The translations under genes and the position numbers were made by a program. From NCBI GenBank assembly GCA_951406725.2, contig OX597830.1, forward strand, positions 13,826,001-13,890,000: 64,000 bases of DNA, given 5' to 3'. Shown here piece after piece: positions 42,878-57,262 of the stretch. Positions within the stretch are counted from its first letter, which is position 1; each line of letters opens with the position of its first letter. Below the pieces are notes generated by a model, which saw nothing but the letters and a program-made list of their open reading frames with translations, had not been told where the DNA came from and did not search any database. The DNA is from Octopus vulgaris (lineage: Eukaryota).

Positions 42878-43709
42878 TAAAATATATTTTATTGATGGAG
42901 AAATAGTCAAAAATACTCTCCCCGTATTTTCAAATGCATTTCATTTTTCCTTATTTATTAGGATGTATGAATATTCGTTATGGTTTGTTCTGGTTTAAGC
43001 AACACCCCGAGTTTTATTGAGTCTACATAAGTCATAGTTCAGCCGTGTTTGTCCTAGAACAACCGCTATCTGGTTATATAGAAACATAGTTTTATGGCAG
43101 AACATATAAATAGAAAAGTAACCACAAAGCTTGGTGGATAGATGTTCTTGCAAACATATTTGAAACACATCTCCATATTCACGTATTCTGTAATTCCTTC
43201 AGTTATTATACGTTATTGTTTTCATATAATTTAGGGTCTTTCAAATTTCAAATAATTTCATATTTCAAAATAATCTCGTTTCTTTCTGGTTTTTCTATTT
43301 CTTTTAGTTTTTTACTTTTACCTATAAGAATGCTAAACGCTAGAAACCATATTAGTGTTGTTGTTTTTCTTTCTATTATGCAGAGTGCCTTCATTCATAC
43401 AAAACTTCAAAACACAGGCCTATTTTTTAGTGTATACCTTTTATCGTGTTTCCTAGCGCATTAAAGCTGAAGCAATGCAAAACGAACATCTCCCTAATCT
43501 TACCTCGGAAAATTGAGTACAAAGCGTTTCATTTTATATCTCCGATATCCTATAGAAATAGTGAAATTAATTTATTCAGATACTTAGTGAATAATATCTT
43601 CTCAAATTCAAACTGGTTCTCAATTGATTTCCTGTGGGAAACATCTTTCTTTTGTATTTCTTCATAACAAATACTCTCTCTTTCTTTATCTCTATCTAAC
43701 TTTAGCTGC

Positions 43710-43859
43710 TGTATATATATGTATGTATATATGTATTATGTATGTATGTATGTATTATGTATGTATGTATGTATGTATGTATGTATATATGTATGCATGC
43801 ATCTATGTATGTATGCATGTATGTATATATGTATGTATGTATGTATATACATATATATG

Positions 43860-43911
<52 letters not shown>

Positions 43912-44092
43912 TATACACATATGTGCGGGTGTGTATGTTTGCGTTGGTGTTTATGCGTATATGCGTATAAATGAAGACACGGGCATGTGAACATGCATGT
44001 TTATATATTCGTCTCCATGTATATGAGATAATAAAGCTCTTTATTATTTGCCCGAGTATATCGATAAACTTATATGTTTATATACATACATT

Positions 44093-44134
<42 letters not shown>

Positions 44135-44150
44135 TACACACATACACAGA
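43710..44150. repeat. (TATG)n/(TA)n/(CA)n microsatellites
   Basis: Direct reading. Confidence 0.9.
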
Positions 44151-45929
44151 TACACAGAGTCGGATTGGATATATAGTTTTGTTTCTCTCAATTATTTCAG
44201 TTTAAACACTGGGAATTAAAGTTATATATTTATAGCTTTCTCTACAAAATGACTTTAAAATGACATGTTTGACTTAATCTATTATAACAATTAATAGAAA
44301 ATGGTTCTTTCTCTAATTTTAGTTATTTCGAAAATTGCAATTTCTTAATATCTTCAATAATATTTCGTTTGCAAAATGAAAGAGGAAAAAAAAATGATTT
44401 ATTTAAAACAATTTACTAAATTAGTTTAAAATAATCATAATCTATATTGTCCGGAAGCCTTCTGTTTTAGTATTTTCTCGTGACATTGCGTTTTCGCTTC
44501 AAAATAGAGTCCCTTAGAATGAGAAAACATTTGAAATGTAATCGGCTCCAGTTTCGTATTGTTGTTAATTGTTATAATGTCGTTGTTTAAAGCAATGAAA
44601 GGATTGTAGAATAGAGCAGAAGTTTGGGGCTAAACTCCTTTCTGAAAACGAATATGAATACCAGCGAAATAAAGCATGAAAATAAACATGATTTTTAGGA
44701 GAAAATATTCTCTAAGTTCGTTCCAGGATATTTTTGCCTTTTAACACAAATAACATCTTTATTGTTTTGAAAACATTAGGCACATTTAATTTTTTACACC
44801 TATATAAGGTTTTAATTTTGTGGGGTTTCACATTATAAGAAATGTACTTGAATATCTTGTATAATGTATCTTTGTTAAATATATATTGTGGTGAAGTATA
44901 TACTTCGTTGCAATTAAGCTCTTGGAAAAACTAGTTCGCATTAGGTAGAAAAAAAAAGCATAAACTAAATGCAATGAAATATTCCTTTAGTTTATTTTGT
45001 TGAATGCTTTGAATAGAATTGTAAATATATCTGTGTTACTTTGGTTATGAGCTTATCACAAACAATATTAAAATTGTTAAATGTTATTAGTAATAAAATC
45101 TATCCTCCGTCGATTTCTACGATAAGTACCACAATAGTGCAATCAACTATACTTTGAGTGGTTAAGTATTTCACAGACGGTTGTACACTCAACATTATTG
45201 TCAGACAGAATCGGTGCGGCACTCTGTAACAAAGGTAGCCTTTTGAATGAATTGAAATTATTCGATATTCTTACAATTTCTGTCTACATAATTTCCCCAA
45301 ACAGATACGAAAAAATTCCGCCCAAGATACTAGAAATGAGATGATACTTGGGGTTCCCTAAATGCAAAGCGAATTCCTTAGCCACCGAACCGTGCCTGCA
45401 TTCATCAGTATTCTACCATTAAGACTCATCTGCAAGTAAAAACGTACAGCAACATAACAAATTATGCTTGCAGTCAATGGAAGAAAAATATAAGAAGGAA
45501 AGTAGACTTTTAATGTAAGATGTCTACTAATTACATTGATATAGTTTTGTCCCTAAGCCAGAAAAGCTTGGATGTAGTTTATTTTTATGTCAGTTTTCTA
45601 AACGAAAAACTTGACAGTTCAAATATGAACGATTCTACTAAATATTCCTTCGTTACAATATGTGTTCTAATCACAGAAAGTTCTAGTGCAAGAAAAAAGT
45701 AACAAAAACAAAAACAAATATGAAATGTATCATCAGAAGGAAACATGATCTAGGAATATTAGAAGAAGTGTATTTTTTGTCCAAAGAATTCTAACTTCTA
45801 CAGTGACGATAGCATTATAGTAAACTTTCTACTGGCACAAAAATTCGGATGAATACAAATAGTGTAATGATTGCAAACATTTCTACATAGATTTCCTGTA
45901 GAAAATCTCGTTCAAAGTCACATGTGTCT

Positions 45930-46278
45930 CCGGGTTCAGTCCCACTGCGTGGCATCTTGGGCAAGTGTCTTCTGCTATAGCCCCGGGCCGACCAATGCCT
46001 TGTGAGTGGATTTGGTAGACGGAAACTGAAAGAAGCCTGTCGTATATATGTATATATATATGTATGTGTGTGTGTGTGTTTGTCCCCCTAGCATTGCTTG
46101 ACAACCGATGCTTGTGTTTACCTCCCCGTCACTTAGCGGTTCGGCAAAAGAGACCGATAGAATAAGCACTAGGCTTACAAAGAATAAGTCCCGGGGTCGA
46201 TTTGCTCGACTAAAGGCGGTGCTCCAGCATGGCCGCAGTCAAATGACTGAAACAAGTAAAAGAGTAAAAGAGAGAGAG
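45930..46278 (+). mobile_element. SINE family B, 5'-truncated, with ~41-bp TSD
   Basis: Flanks AGATTTCCTG(T/C)AGAAAATCTCGTTCAAAGTCAC(AT)GTGTCTCC at 45889-45931 and 46277-46317. Confidence 0.9.
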
Positions 46279-46447
46279 ATTTCCTGCAGAAAATCTCGTT
46301 CAAAGTCACGTGTCTCCTCATTATCACCTTAACTGCTCATATTATATGTTTGACAGGGTACATCTGTTGCACTGCGTAGTTAATTTTATAGTTCAATGGA
46401 CCCTTCCCCTTCTCTCTCACTCTATCTTTATCTCTTCTTCTCTGTCT

Positions 46448-46678
46448 CTGGCAGAAATGTTAGCGCGCCGGGCGAAATGCTTAGCGGTATTTCGTCTGCC
46501 GTTACGTTGTGAGTTCAAATTCCGCCGAGGTCGATTTTGCCTTTCATCCTTTCGGGGTCGATAAATTAAGTAACAGTTACGCACTGGGGTCGATGTAATC
46601 GACTTAATACCTATGTCTGTCCTTGTTTGTCTCCTCTATGTTTAGCCCCTTGTGGGTAATAAAGAAATAGGTATTTCG
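46448..46678 (+). mobile_element. SINE family A, near full-length
   Basis: CTGGCAGAAATGTTAGC head, B-box, central domain, tail ...AAAGAAATAGGTATTTCG. Confidence 0.9.
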
Positions 46679-48311
46679 ACTAATTAATCAAATAGCTTTC
46701 TTTAATGGATGTTATGAAAATGCAAGTACCAGTCACGCACTGGGGTCTGTCATAAATGCTGTTGCATTTGTATCCTGAAGTGGTTCATCAACTGATCATA
46801 ACTGAAATATTTTATGATCCTGGAAAATCTGGTGTTTGTGATGACAGGAGTCAGGTCGCATAAAAAAAGATTCTACTACTGGTAAATATGTAGACAAGAA
46901 CTACCTGTTTTACGATCAGGACATCGGTGATAAATCCATCAACACTTGGTTAGTGTCTCAAAAGTGGTTACTGGAGGATAAATGGGCCCCTCGATAGGAT
47001 AAAAAGCAATACCTATCTTGTGAACTAGTCAAGAAGGAGCCAACTGCTGATCTTCTTGCTTGGTTCGAGCATTTTGACGCACTGGGCATTTTTGACTCAT
47101 AGACGTACTAGGCTTTCTTTTCTTCTGACCCAGGGAGCTCGAACGAAACAAATCTCTTGATAATTGCCAATACTTCCCAGGGAGGCTTAAATTAGTTTTG
47201 CTAGGATTGTCATTATCACATTTGCACGTTATCGTAGATGGCAGGCATAAGGTCGAGCCTCTGGTGCTCTCGGACACTCGACCATATCCTTGCTTTCCAC
47301 TATCGGGGCAGAGATGGCTATCACCAAGTGTGAGCACGTGAGTTAGAGTCGCTTTTCCAGCGGAATTTCCTCCCCATCCTCCTGGATAACGCGTTTTCCA
47401 TTTTACCTGCTGGGAGACCACGACACTGTCTGAATTACAGACAATTCTAGGTTTACCCCTTAATGTAAAAGTTACTCTATATAAATTCCTTTTATCTCTA
47501 ACAGACATTTGTAAATTATATTTCTATCAAGCGTCCTTTTCTCATGTAGCAAGTAGCCATTCTAGTCATTTTGAAATAAGGCGCGAATTGGTGGCAACTG
47601 GCAAGATGACATAATGTCGTATTGCCGAAGAATTATTATTGTCGTTTTCCCATTGGTTAATATAACTGCTCATATAGAGATTATAAAAGTTACGTAAAGA
47701 ATATTTGTAATGGATTTCGATTCTTTTAAGTCAAGTTGAGCAGTTATAAAAACCCTGGATTTTGGGAAAAACTTTAGTGTTTGTTGGATGTAATTGAACT
47801 CTACGACACTCACTCCTTTGAGACTCATAATCACAATATGGCTATTGGGCTTGAACCTTTTAATGTACATGACTATTAACCTACAGTTGTTAACTAACCT
47901 AAAATATAGACATAAAGAAGAATGTTGACACCTCTGCCCACCCCCATATTTCATTATAAAATATACTATTTCATCATGATCATGTTTATAATGTGGCATA
48001 ATAAATGCATTTCCATGTTTGATAAATGCAAGTTAGATGATACAGAACGGATGACTTCTACATGTGTTTATATATTGTATCTTCTTTAAAAATGAGATTC
48101 GTTAAAAATATGTCATCACAGTCATTTCATTTAATCTCCTTACATCCCGTTATTCTTAAATAACACGCGCATCGCGCGCACACACGCATATACATACAAA
48201 TTATATGTATGTGTATGTAATACACACACGCACACATACATACATATATATATATATATATGTGGGTTTGTGTGTATACCTACATACATAAATACATAGA
48301 TACATAGATAC

Positions 48312-48373
<62 letters not shown>

Positions 48374-48376
48374 TAT

Positions 48377-48398
48377 ATGGATTCCCGGCATATAGCAA

Positions 48399-48451
<53 letters not shown>

Positions 48452-48482
48452 TATATATCATTGCCATATGCCGGGAACCCAT
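48377..48482. repeat. Short palindrome: ~24-bp inverted arms around (TA)n
   Basis: ATGGATTCCCGGCATATAGCAATG-(AT)n-CATTGCCATATGCCGGGAACCCAT; two mismatches between the arms. Confidence 0.9.
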
Positions 48483-48565
48483 CCCAATTTGAAACAAATA
48501 TCATAATTCAATTACGCACTATTCGACTCATCTAATTTTATCCCGAGAAAATTGCAAAATGTGTC

Positions 48566-48647
<82 letters not shown>
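48566..48647. repeat. (ATCT)n microsatellite
   Basis: Direct reading. Confidence 0.95.
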
Positions 48648-48648
<1 letters not shown>

Positions 48649-50429
48649 AGTCTGTTTATCTGTCCGTACTTTTGTATGGATTTGTGTGTGTATATATGTA
48701 TGCATAAGAGACTGTGTGTATTTAGACATGTTTTTGTCTGTTATAGAGATTGTTTATACAGACACACGCAGCCTCATCACCGTTCCAAGAATAAATGCAC
48801 CTTTCAAATATTTAAGATATAGGAATGCTGGTGAAAAGTATGAGAGGATAAATCGAAAGGAAAGGGGCCCGATTAAAGAACAAACAACGAGTAAATTAAA
48901 AAGAACAAGCATAAATGATTAAACTGATATATTTTGATAAAATGTCGACGTAATCTGTAGGCTGCTTGACGGCTGCCGTTCTTATTTGTTAGTTCACATG
49001 ATATATAGCTTTTACACAAACAACAGTTCAGATGTTGAAAACTAACACAGTCAAATATTTCAATGATATATATCGTGATATATTAGGTTTCTGATCCTCT
49101 TTGTCGTCTGGTTTGGAAGACATTACGAAAAAGTGATCCATTGTAAGAAATTAGTGTAAAAATAGAAACTTCCGGCAAAAGAGAAATTTGTTTTATTGAA
49201 ACTGAAGGAAAACATTGAAGTCAAGTGAAAGCAATTCATCAAAGAAGGATTTTTTTTTTGTTTAAAGCTGCAATATTATTAAGTCTATAACATCTTATCA
49301 GGCAAATCTTCAGGAAATTCTTGATGTTTTCTGTATAATCTTTCGATGAAAGGCAGAAGTAGATGAAGTGAAAGCAGTTTACTAATCGTTGACGGAAAGA
49401 GATTTGATCTGAAATGGTTCCCTTTCAGACAGGTCTTTAGAGTGAAATGTTATTTAATTATTTGGCTAAATAGCATAAATAATTAAAAAAACTACGTTAC
49501 AGAAATTTATGCTGAAATAACATTATATAATAAATCTGTATCTAAAACAGGAGTTTATTTGAAGAGTATGCAATGAAATTTTTTTCCACACACCTACTAG
49601 AGTTAATTATTTACATTCCATTTTACTGGGTATAATACCTACTTTTTGTAGAATAGCAGAATATTTAACTAATTTAACTAATTCAATAAATTGCTTGTCA
49701 AATACTTAGACAAAACATTTGATTGCAGTGAAATTTGAACCCTCAAACTATCGAAATGGCTGCATTGCTATAGGTGTTTTACCGCTTCGATCGTCTTCGC
49801 CACCCGTTTAAGACAACCAAAATCTTCTTCAGTAACCGCAATATACTGCGGTTGAAGCTGTATTAGCTATTCGCGAACAGTAGTTTTGAAAATTGGTTAA
49901 ATCGGTTTGAATAAGAAAGAAAAGAAGCTATATCGAATGCGGTGATGCTCAATTAAAATCTTGTTGAATGGACTGCACCATCCGAACTGAAAAGTACCAG
50001 ATATATAATGGGGACAATTTAGTTTGTAATACGTTCTCAGTATACATTTGTGACTTTGAAAATGTATGACACAGAACTGTAAATTGCAAACTAAGAACAT
50101 ACAGGATTAAATATCTTCATTCCAGAGTTAAATATCATTATGTGTCAAGTTCGAATTCTAATGATATCAGCTTTGCCTTTCACCATTCCAGTTTTGATAA
50201 GATAAAATATCAGTCAAGTACTGGTAACGATTACGTAGACTGATATCGGTCGTAAAAAATATGGCATTGTACGTATTCGATCCCAATACGTCAAAGTTGG
50301 TCATTGTAACATCAAGACCTTTTCTGTAATATGTTGCGTTTTCCGAGACCTGCCGTTAACTAAATGCTCTCTTAAAATATGTTCTTATTTATGTCTGAGT
50401 CTAGATGGAGGAACACAGCTCATGAAGTG

Positions 50430-50960
50430 CATACTTCATGATACGTTTAATGCTCCTTTAAACTGTTTGAACGTCAATAAGTACTGAAAAGATTTGGGCA
50501 GAGAGGAAATTCCAAAGAGGTGATGTAGTTGTTAGTGCGAAGTGATGTAGCTGTTAGTGCAAGGTCGCTAGATTATAAGAGGTGAAAAGATGAGTGAACT
50601 GACAGTGTCTTAAGTAAACGTATGAGTTCAGTCGACTGAGACGAACTGGAGAAATTATTTTAGAGGTAGAAAAGGTTGAGAGACAAGCTAGAGCACCAGG
50701 AGACCAGAAGATTGCTGCAAGTGATTTTTAAGACGAGTGGCTTTTCTCTAGATATGGTCTAAGATACATGCTTTTGTAGAAGCAGTAGCATCTGAAATGA
50801 GGACCATTACTCCATTGTAAAACTTATCTGAGTTTCGTGGGATCTTAGTAATTATTAGATGTCGGACAACTTTCTAACCTTGAACAGATCGTACAGTCTT
50901 TGGGATGCGATCCTTGCTATGTTAAGGATGTGTTTTTGCTCGAAAAGATAACTAATGTTT
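50430..50960 (-). mobile_element. CR1/Jockey-group LINE 3' region, decayed
   Basis: Minus strand: HILNIARIASQRL..LFKVRK, TQI..TME, ILDHI.RKATRL, LWNFL.AQIF...FK; typical post-RT region. May extend to ~51300. Confidence 0.65.
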
Positions 50961-53231
50961 CAACAAGTTTATGATTGAAAATACGGCAAAAGCCCCAAGT
51001 TGTGATTTGTTCATGTTTACGTTGGGTGAGGTGCAATATATTTCTCCATTTGAATAATGGTTGATATTTTTTGCTACTAAAATAAGCAATATTTGCATGG
51101 TCCTAGTAATGGTTGCTTTAAATGTATACGGAATCGGTACAAGTCTGGTGTGATGTGTAAGTGTTTGTGGGTTATGATTAGCCGATCGGCAAGAAATGGA
51201 TTTGTACTTGAAGTGTAATTGTCCTCTGTAGTGGAAATAATACCGTCCTCTACTAATGTATTCTATCCAGCTACGACTCTCTAACGTACTCTATCCGGCT
51301 ACGATTCAGCTGATGAGTTATGATCTCTCAACATCCACCGTGGTTATTTTGGGGACAAGTCGATATATAATAACCACTTTTGACAATATTTCAAGGGTTT
51401 TGAGTTCCCTGTATAATTTATTCTCAACGAAGTTGCGGAGGATATTAAACGAAATTTTAGATGCCCGGATATGCAAAACAATGCAACAGAAACTATAACA
51501 TAATTTTCATTAGAAAATCTGCAATATTCCCAAGTGCATTTAGTTTTTTTCTAATTTTATTTTTACCTATTTTTAAAATCTATTTAACTTTATTCTACTG
51601 GTTTATTTGGAAGCTAACAGGTTATGGCATAAATTTCTTCTCATCGGTTAAAATAAAAGCCCATATACTATAACCCTTGCACTAAATTCTAGCAGTGAAA
51701 GGTGAGCTCAAGAGCAAAATGTCATTTTGAATATTGTAAAATGTGGTTGCAGTATATTACCACTTCTGTAGAGATATATTTATTTAGAAATGCTAAAATA
51801 ACAATTCAAAAAAATTGATATCTTGTAGTATATCAATGAACATGAGATGAGTTTCATCGTTATAAACAACTTTGTCTGCAACCATAATAGAAGGCAAAAA
51901 TATATGTAGAACATTGACAAAAATTTCAAATTAAAATTTATTCCTAATCTGGTTATATTATTTATTTTTTATTTCTTTTTCAAACTTCCAATAATAAATT
52001 GTATATCAATTATAAATACTAATTTAATACAAAATATTTTTTTAAATTTTGGCAATCTGAAAAGGAGGATAAATTCAGATGAATCACGGAAGAATGGTAA
52101 CGAGAAAAGCAAAGAATCATTGTTAATTTTGAAGTAAAGTTTTTCCTTAAAAATTCCATTCCCCGTTTGAAATCTATTTCACAAAACACTCTATGTCTCT
52201 CTTTATCACTCCTTTCTCACACACGCTCTAAACACAAACACATATACATCAATACATATATACATACATATAGACACGCACACACATACATGCACAAGTA
52301 TATATACATGTATTTATATATATATACACACATGCACACTAGATAAAGTGTATGTTTAGACATGTTTTGCGATTTCGTTACAAACACAGAGACATATATA
52401 TGAATATATATTTCTATAAACACGTGTCTCTATAACATTAATATCTATATTTATCAAAATCTCTCTGCCTATGTCGCTATATCTACATGACTGTATATAT
52501 ATATGTACATGCAAGTATATGTAGACATAAATATATGCCTCTATCTATCTATCTATGATTTTTACATAAATACATACATTCATACATACATATATACAAA
52601 CATACATACATACACACACACAGATGCTTATATAATTCCATTTCATGTGTGACAAAGAATGTTTTATATAATACCATATTTCAGTAAATGTACACACAGC
52701 CACCACACATGCACATGTGTGCGTGTTGCATATATATATATATATATAACGTATATAAAGTATATATGTATACTTATCTAGAAATATGTTCATATGTATT
52801 TATACATTTTCAAAAAGGCATAAAGTATTTAAATTCTCGTCTGTGGAATTCTTCGTTAATTAAATGATGCCAGCTATTGGTAAATAAAACGCGTAAAAGT
52901 AAATAGAAAGTAAATAGGAAAATAGTAGTTTAAACTATTCTAAAGAATTTAAAAACCAAACATTGTATAATGTACAAGTTTTTCTCTTCGAAGAAATTCT
53001 ACGCAATTCTATTGTAGCAACGACATAAATTTCAGTATTGATGTTCAAACGATAAATACATAAATAAATTTAAAAAATCAAATAAATAAATAGAGAGTAT
53101 AGTATGAAATAAATAACAAACACAAATAAAAATAGGATGGAACTCACAATATGGACGGTTACATTATTGTTATTTTGTTGTTTTTTATATATCAGAACAC
53201 TATTTGTTAAGCCTTTATATATACATACATT

Positions 53232-53314
<83 letters not shown>

Positions 53315-53342
53315 ATATGTATTTACGTACGTATATGTTGTA

Positions 53343-53380
<38 letters not shown>

Positions 53381-53409
53381 CATATATATTATAGAAATTA
53401 TTTACTCTT

Positions 53410-53452
<43 letters not shown>

Positions 53453-53582
53453 ACAGAAGAACTACATTTTTAGTACTGTACACACAAAATGCAGCAGTAC
53501 TAAAGCATAGTTATTATTTCTTGTTATGTCTCTCTCTCTCCCTTATCTCTTATCATAGTGACAAAGAAAAGATACACGTTAC

Positions 53583-53632
<50 letters not shown>

Positions 53633-53663
53633 TACTTATTATTATCATCATTATTATTATTAA

Positions 53664-53732
<69 letters not shown>

Positions 53733-53770
53733 CATTATTATCATTATTATTATTATCATTATTATTGTTA
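53583..53770. repeat. (AAT)n immediately followed by (ATT)n
   Basis: Direct reading; the orientation switches at ~53631-53638. Confidence 0.95.
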
Positions 53771-54213
53771 TTGATGGTTCTGTTTTCAGGGAATTAATTC
53801 ACATTCATGTAAATATCAAATTGTATTTCGTTGAATACTTTATCACAGTGAGATCTATGTTTTATTAGGTCTAATTTCTTTATATGAAACTATAATACTG
53901 ATATTATGACGCATATTTTGAGCTTATGCGGCAGAGTCACATAGCGTTACAGATGTCGTGGATGTTTTCTTTGTGGTGTATGTGTGTGTGTGTCTTTGTA
54001 TGTAGATACACGCATACACACAGATAAATGTATATGTATGTACTTATACATGTCTGTGTATAGATATGTACACATATACATACATACACACACACACATA
54101 TATATATATATAGTTAATCCAAACATGAAAACACAAAGAGAAAACACAACGACGCGAGGACGTTGAACAAATATAGTATTATTGGACGCTCAGGAAGGAA
54201 GTGAAGAAGGAGG

Positions 54214-54248
54214 GTTTAACGTTTCGAGCGGAGCTCTTCGTCAGAAAC
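54214..54248 (-). ncRNA. Minimal type-I hammerhead ribozyme, canonical core, within a repeat (54113-54327)
   Basis: Minus strand: GUUU CUGACGA A GAGC UCC GCUC GAAA CGUU AAAC; stems I and II perfect, palindromic ACGU stem III as in PLE-associated minimal hammerheads. Confidence 0.75.
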
Positions 54249-54340
54249 ATAGGAAAAGGAAAGATCCAGAGAAGGGAAGACGGAGGAAAAAAAATCGCCA
54301 ACGGTACACACGCGGTCACATTTTGAATGTATATATATAC

Positions 54341-54378
<38 letters not shown>

Positions 54379-55183
54379 GCATACATATATACTTACACAC
54401 ATAGAGTTAAACTTTTGAATGTTCGTGTGTGAAGTCTGAATGGGTTTGAAGTTGCTCATAAACAAGGACTGGTGCTCAGATGATCCCTGCACTTGTAACC
54501 GCATGTACTGTCATTGTTCCAATATGTTAGGTATCCCAAATAATGATATGCGTTTGAGTACGAATTAAGATGCTGTCTACAGAGTGAATAATTTGGTATA
54601 TATATTAGGGAGTTAACGGAGTTACATTAATGTGTTTTGTGTAATTTGTTTTATTTCTATGTTGAGATATTATTCATCCATGAAAGTTAAATTGTTGGTC
54701 ATTTAGCGCATCGCGATTTGTTCTGAGTCTTGTTATTTTACTGGGATCGTTATGACGATCTGTTTCTTTTTTAAATCGAGAGTAGCAATTTTGAAAGATT
54801 TCGCTGGTTCTTTTAATTACTAATTGACTCGTTCTGGTTAGGTGATGTGAGATGATACGTTGTTCCATTATTTTACGTTCTGAGTTCAAGTCTCTAACGT
54901 CCACTTCATCTTTCATCGCTCGACAAAACAATTACCGTAGGTCTATATACTGGGGATCGAAGAATCAAATATCCACCTTCTGCACACAATTGTCTCTGGG
55001 TGCTTATCTATGAAGGTATCAGTGTCAGCATCATTCTCTTCTTGCTTTCCATCGTCATCATGTCAGTAGTTTATTTGAATAGTATTGTGTTATAGAGAGA
55101 AAGCATCACCATTCGCTGCAAGACACTAATGAGGATTAGTAATAAAAGAAGAAACAGATCCGTAGTTATAACCATACTGCCTG

Positions 55184-55429
55184 TGGAGGCACATGGCCTA
55201 GTCGTTAGAGCAGCGGACTCGTGGTCCAGGGATCGCGTAAGCTCCACGCGGCTCCGGCAGAAGGTAATGGCGAACCTCTGCTGATTCTTTCGCCACAACT
55301 TTCTCTCACTCTTTCCTCCTGCATCTTGCAGCTCACCTGCGACGGACCGACGTCCCGTCCAGGTGGGGAACCTATACGCCAAGGAAACCTGGAAACCGGC
55401 CCTTATGAGCCAGGCATGACTTGAGAAGG
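55184..55429 (+). mobile_element. SINE family C (tRNA-Arg-like head, V-domain-like CCTGCGA.GGAC.G.CGTCCCGTCCAGG)
   Basis: 14-bp TSD AACCATACTGCCTG (55170-55183, 55430-55443); head matches 27171-27297. Confidence 0.85.
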
Positions 55430-55494
55430 AACCATACTGCCTGACGATGGTTTCTTTCAGTCAGTCAATACGAATTTGGAAATTTTAATCAGAC

Positions 55495-55776
55495 GCAGGT
55501 GAGGCTGTGGGGTAAGAAATTAGCTTCCCAATCATATGGTTCTGGGTGATTAATATTTAACAGCTGCGGTATTATACCTGTACTAAGGTAGAATAAGGAT
55601 TTTCAATATTTTTGTTTTAAACCAGAATAAGGCGGGGTGCGGGCAGAATGCTTGGCGGCATTTCGTATGTCTTGACGTTCTGAGTGGAACTTTGGGCAAG
55701 TGTCTTCTGCTATAGCCTCGGGCCATCCAGAGACTTGTGAGTAGATTCGGTAGACGGAAACTGAAAGAAGCCCGTC

Positions 55777-55854
<78 letters not shown>

Positions 55855-56048
55855 TGTCTGTGTTTGTCTATTACACCCGTTTCACAACCGGCGCTGGTGT
55901 TTCCGTACCCATAACTTAGCGGCTCGACAAAAATACCAATAGAATAAGAACTAGACTTAAACTTAGTCGATTCGCTCGACTGAAATGCTTCAAAGCAGTG
56001 CTCCAGTATGACCGCAGTCTAATGGCTGAAGCAAGTAAAAGATAAAAG
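55495..56048 (+). mobile_element. Fragmented SINE family B with a family A head fragment inside
   Basis: B head 55495-55550, A head 55630-55685, B body 55686-56048. Confidence 0.7.
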
Positions 56049-56299
56049 ACTTAAAATCAGTAATAGTTTCTAGACTCACAATAATCGGAATATTATAACT
56101 CAGGTTCCAGTAATCTATAATGAAATAAGCTGTAACACACACAAAGAACAGTAACACTGCGAATAGCAAGCAAAAACAGTTAACAGTTGGCATTGTGCTA
56201 AGGAATATCAAGCGTCATGTATAGCTACATCAACAAGAACGACATACCAGAACAGCAAACAAAACTTGTAACTAAAAACCTGAAACCTAAGCAGTCCGT

Positions 56300-56492
56300 C
56301 GGTTACAACGACGAACGTTCCAGTTGATCCGATCAACGGAATGACCATTCGTGAAATTAACGTGCAAGTGGCTGAGCAGTCCACAAGCACGCGTACTATT
56401 AACATAGTTCTCAGGAAAATTCAGTGGCCTTTGAAATACGGGTACTACTCACTTTTGCCAGCTGAGTGGACTGGAGCAGTATGAAATAAAGT
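56300..56492 (-). mobile_element. SINE-like fragment (fourth family), truncated by the adjacent PLE
   Basis: Minus strand ACTTTATTTCA..CTGCTCCAGTCCACTCAGCTGGCAAAAGTGAGTA resembles conserved SINE central domains (recalled similarity only). Confidence 0.5.
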
Positions 56493-56581
56493 ACAGTTCT
56501 ATATTTAAGAGATGAGGAATTATGTAGATTATTTACGTTATTTACATTTGATGGATATTTGTCCTCATCTTGTTTGTTGTT

Positions 56582-56627
56582 AACACAAAGTTTCGGCTGA
56601 TATACCCTCCAGCCTTCATCAGGTGTC
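56582..56627 (-). ncRNA. Minimal type-I hammerhead ribozyme in the PLE terminal repeat
   Basis: GACAC CUGAUGA A GGCUG GAGGGUAUAU CAGCC GAAA CUUU GUGUU; canonical core; stem III appears to carry a G>U change relative to ACGU. Confidence 0.75.
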
Positions 56628-57262
56628 TTGGGGAAAATTCGAACCTGGGTTCTCATTCATAGAGTATTTTTCCAGTGTTGTTGGTGGTGTTGTTGTTATT
56701 ATTATCATTATTATTATTACTATCATTATTATTATTATTATTCAGGTCACTCGCAATCTTGAGATTAGTAGCCCGCGCTCTTAACCACTACGCCATATGC
56801 TCGAGGGCAATTATGGAGTGAAATTTTAGGGCTTATAAATCTAATATCCTCCTATCCTTCCTTAATACCAGTTCCCATATGCTGCTCATATCTGCACTCG
56901 GTCTGCTTAAGAGGTTGTGATCTAGCATATGTGCTGCTTCTTTTGGTTTTCGTTTTTCCAGTGCTGTTCTCTGTCTATTATTTTAACTTCATCCCACAGA
57001 GGGAGGTGGTCTCCATTTTTCCATACATGATCAGCTAAACCCGATTTATCAATATCTCCCTGTGTCAGAGCTTAACGATGTTCTTCTACCGTTATTTTCA
57101 GTGGGGTATGTTTCGCCTTTGTATAGCCTACCACAGCTGCATGGGATCGAGCACACGCAGTTCTTAGTCATATTCTTCTGCTGATGGTTTTACTCGGTTA
57201 TGAAGAAAGGATAGGAGAATATTAGATTTATGAGGCCTAAAATTCACTCCATAATTGCCCAC

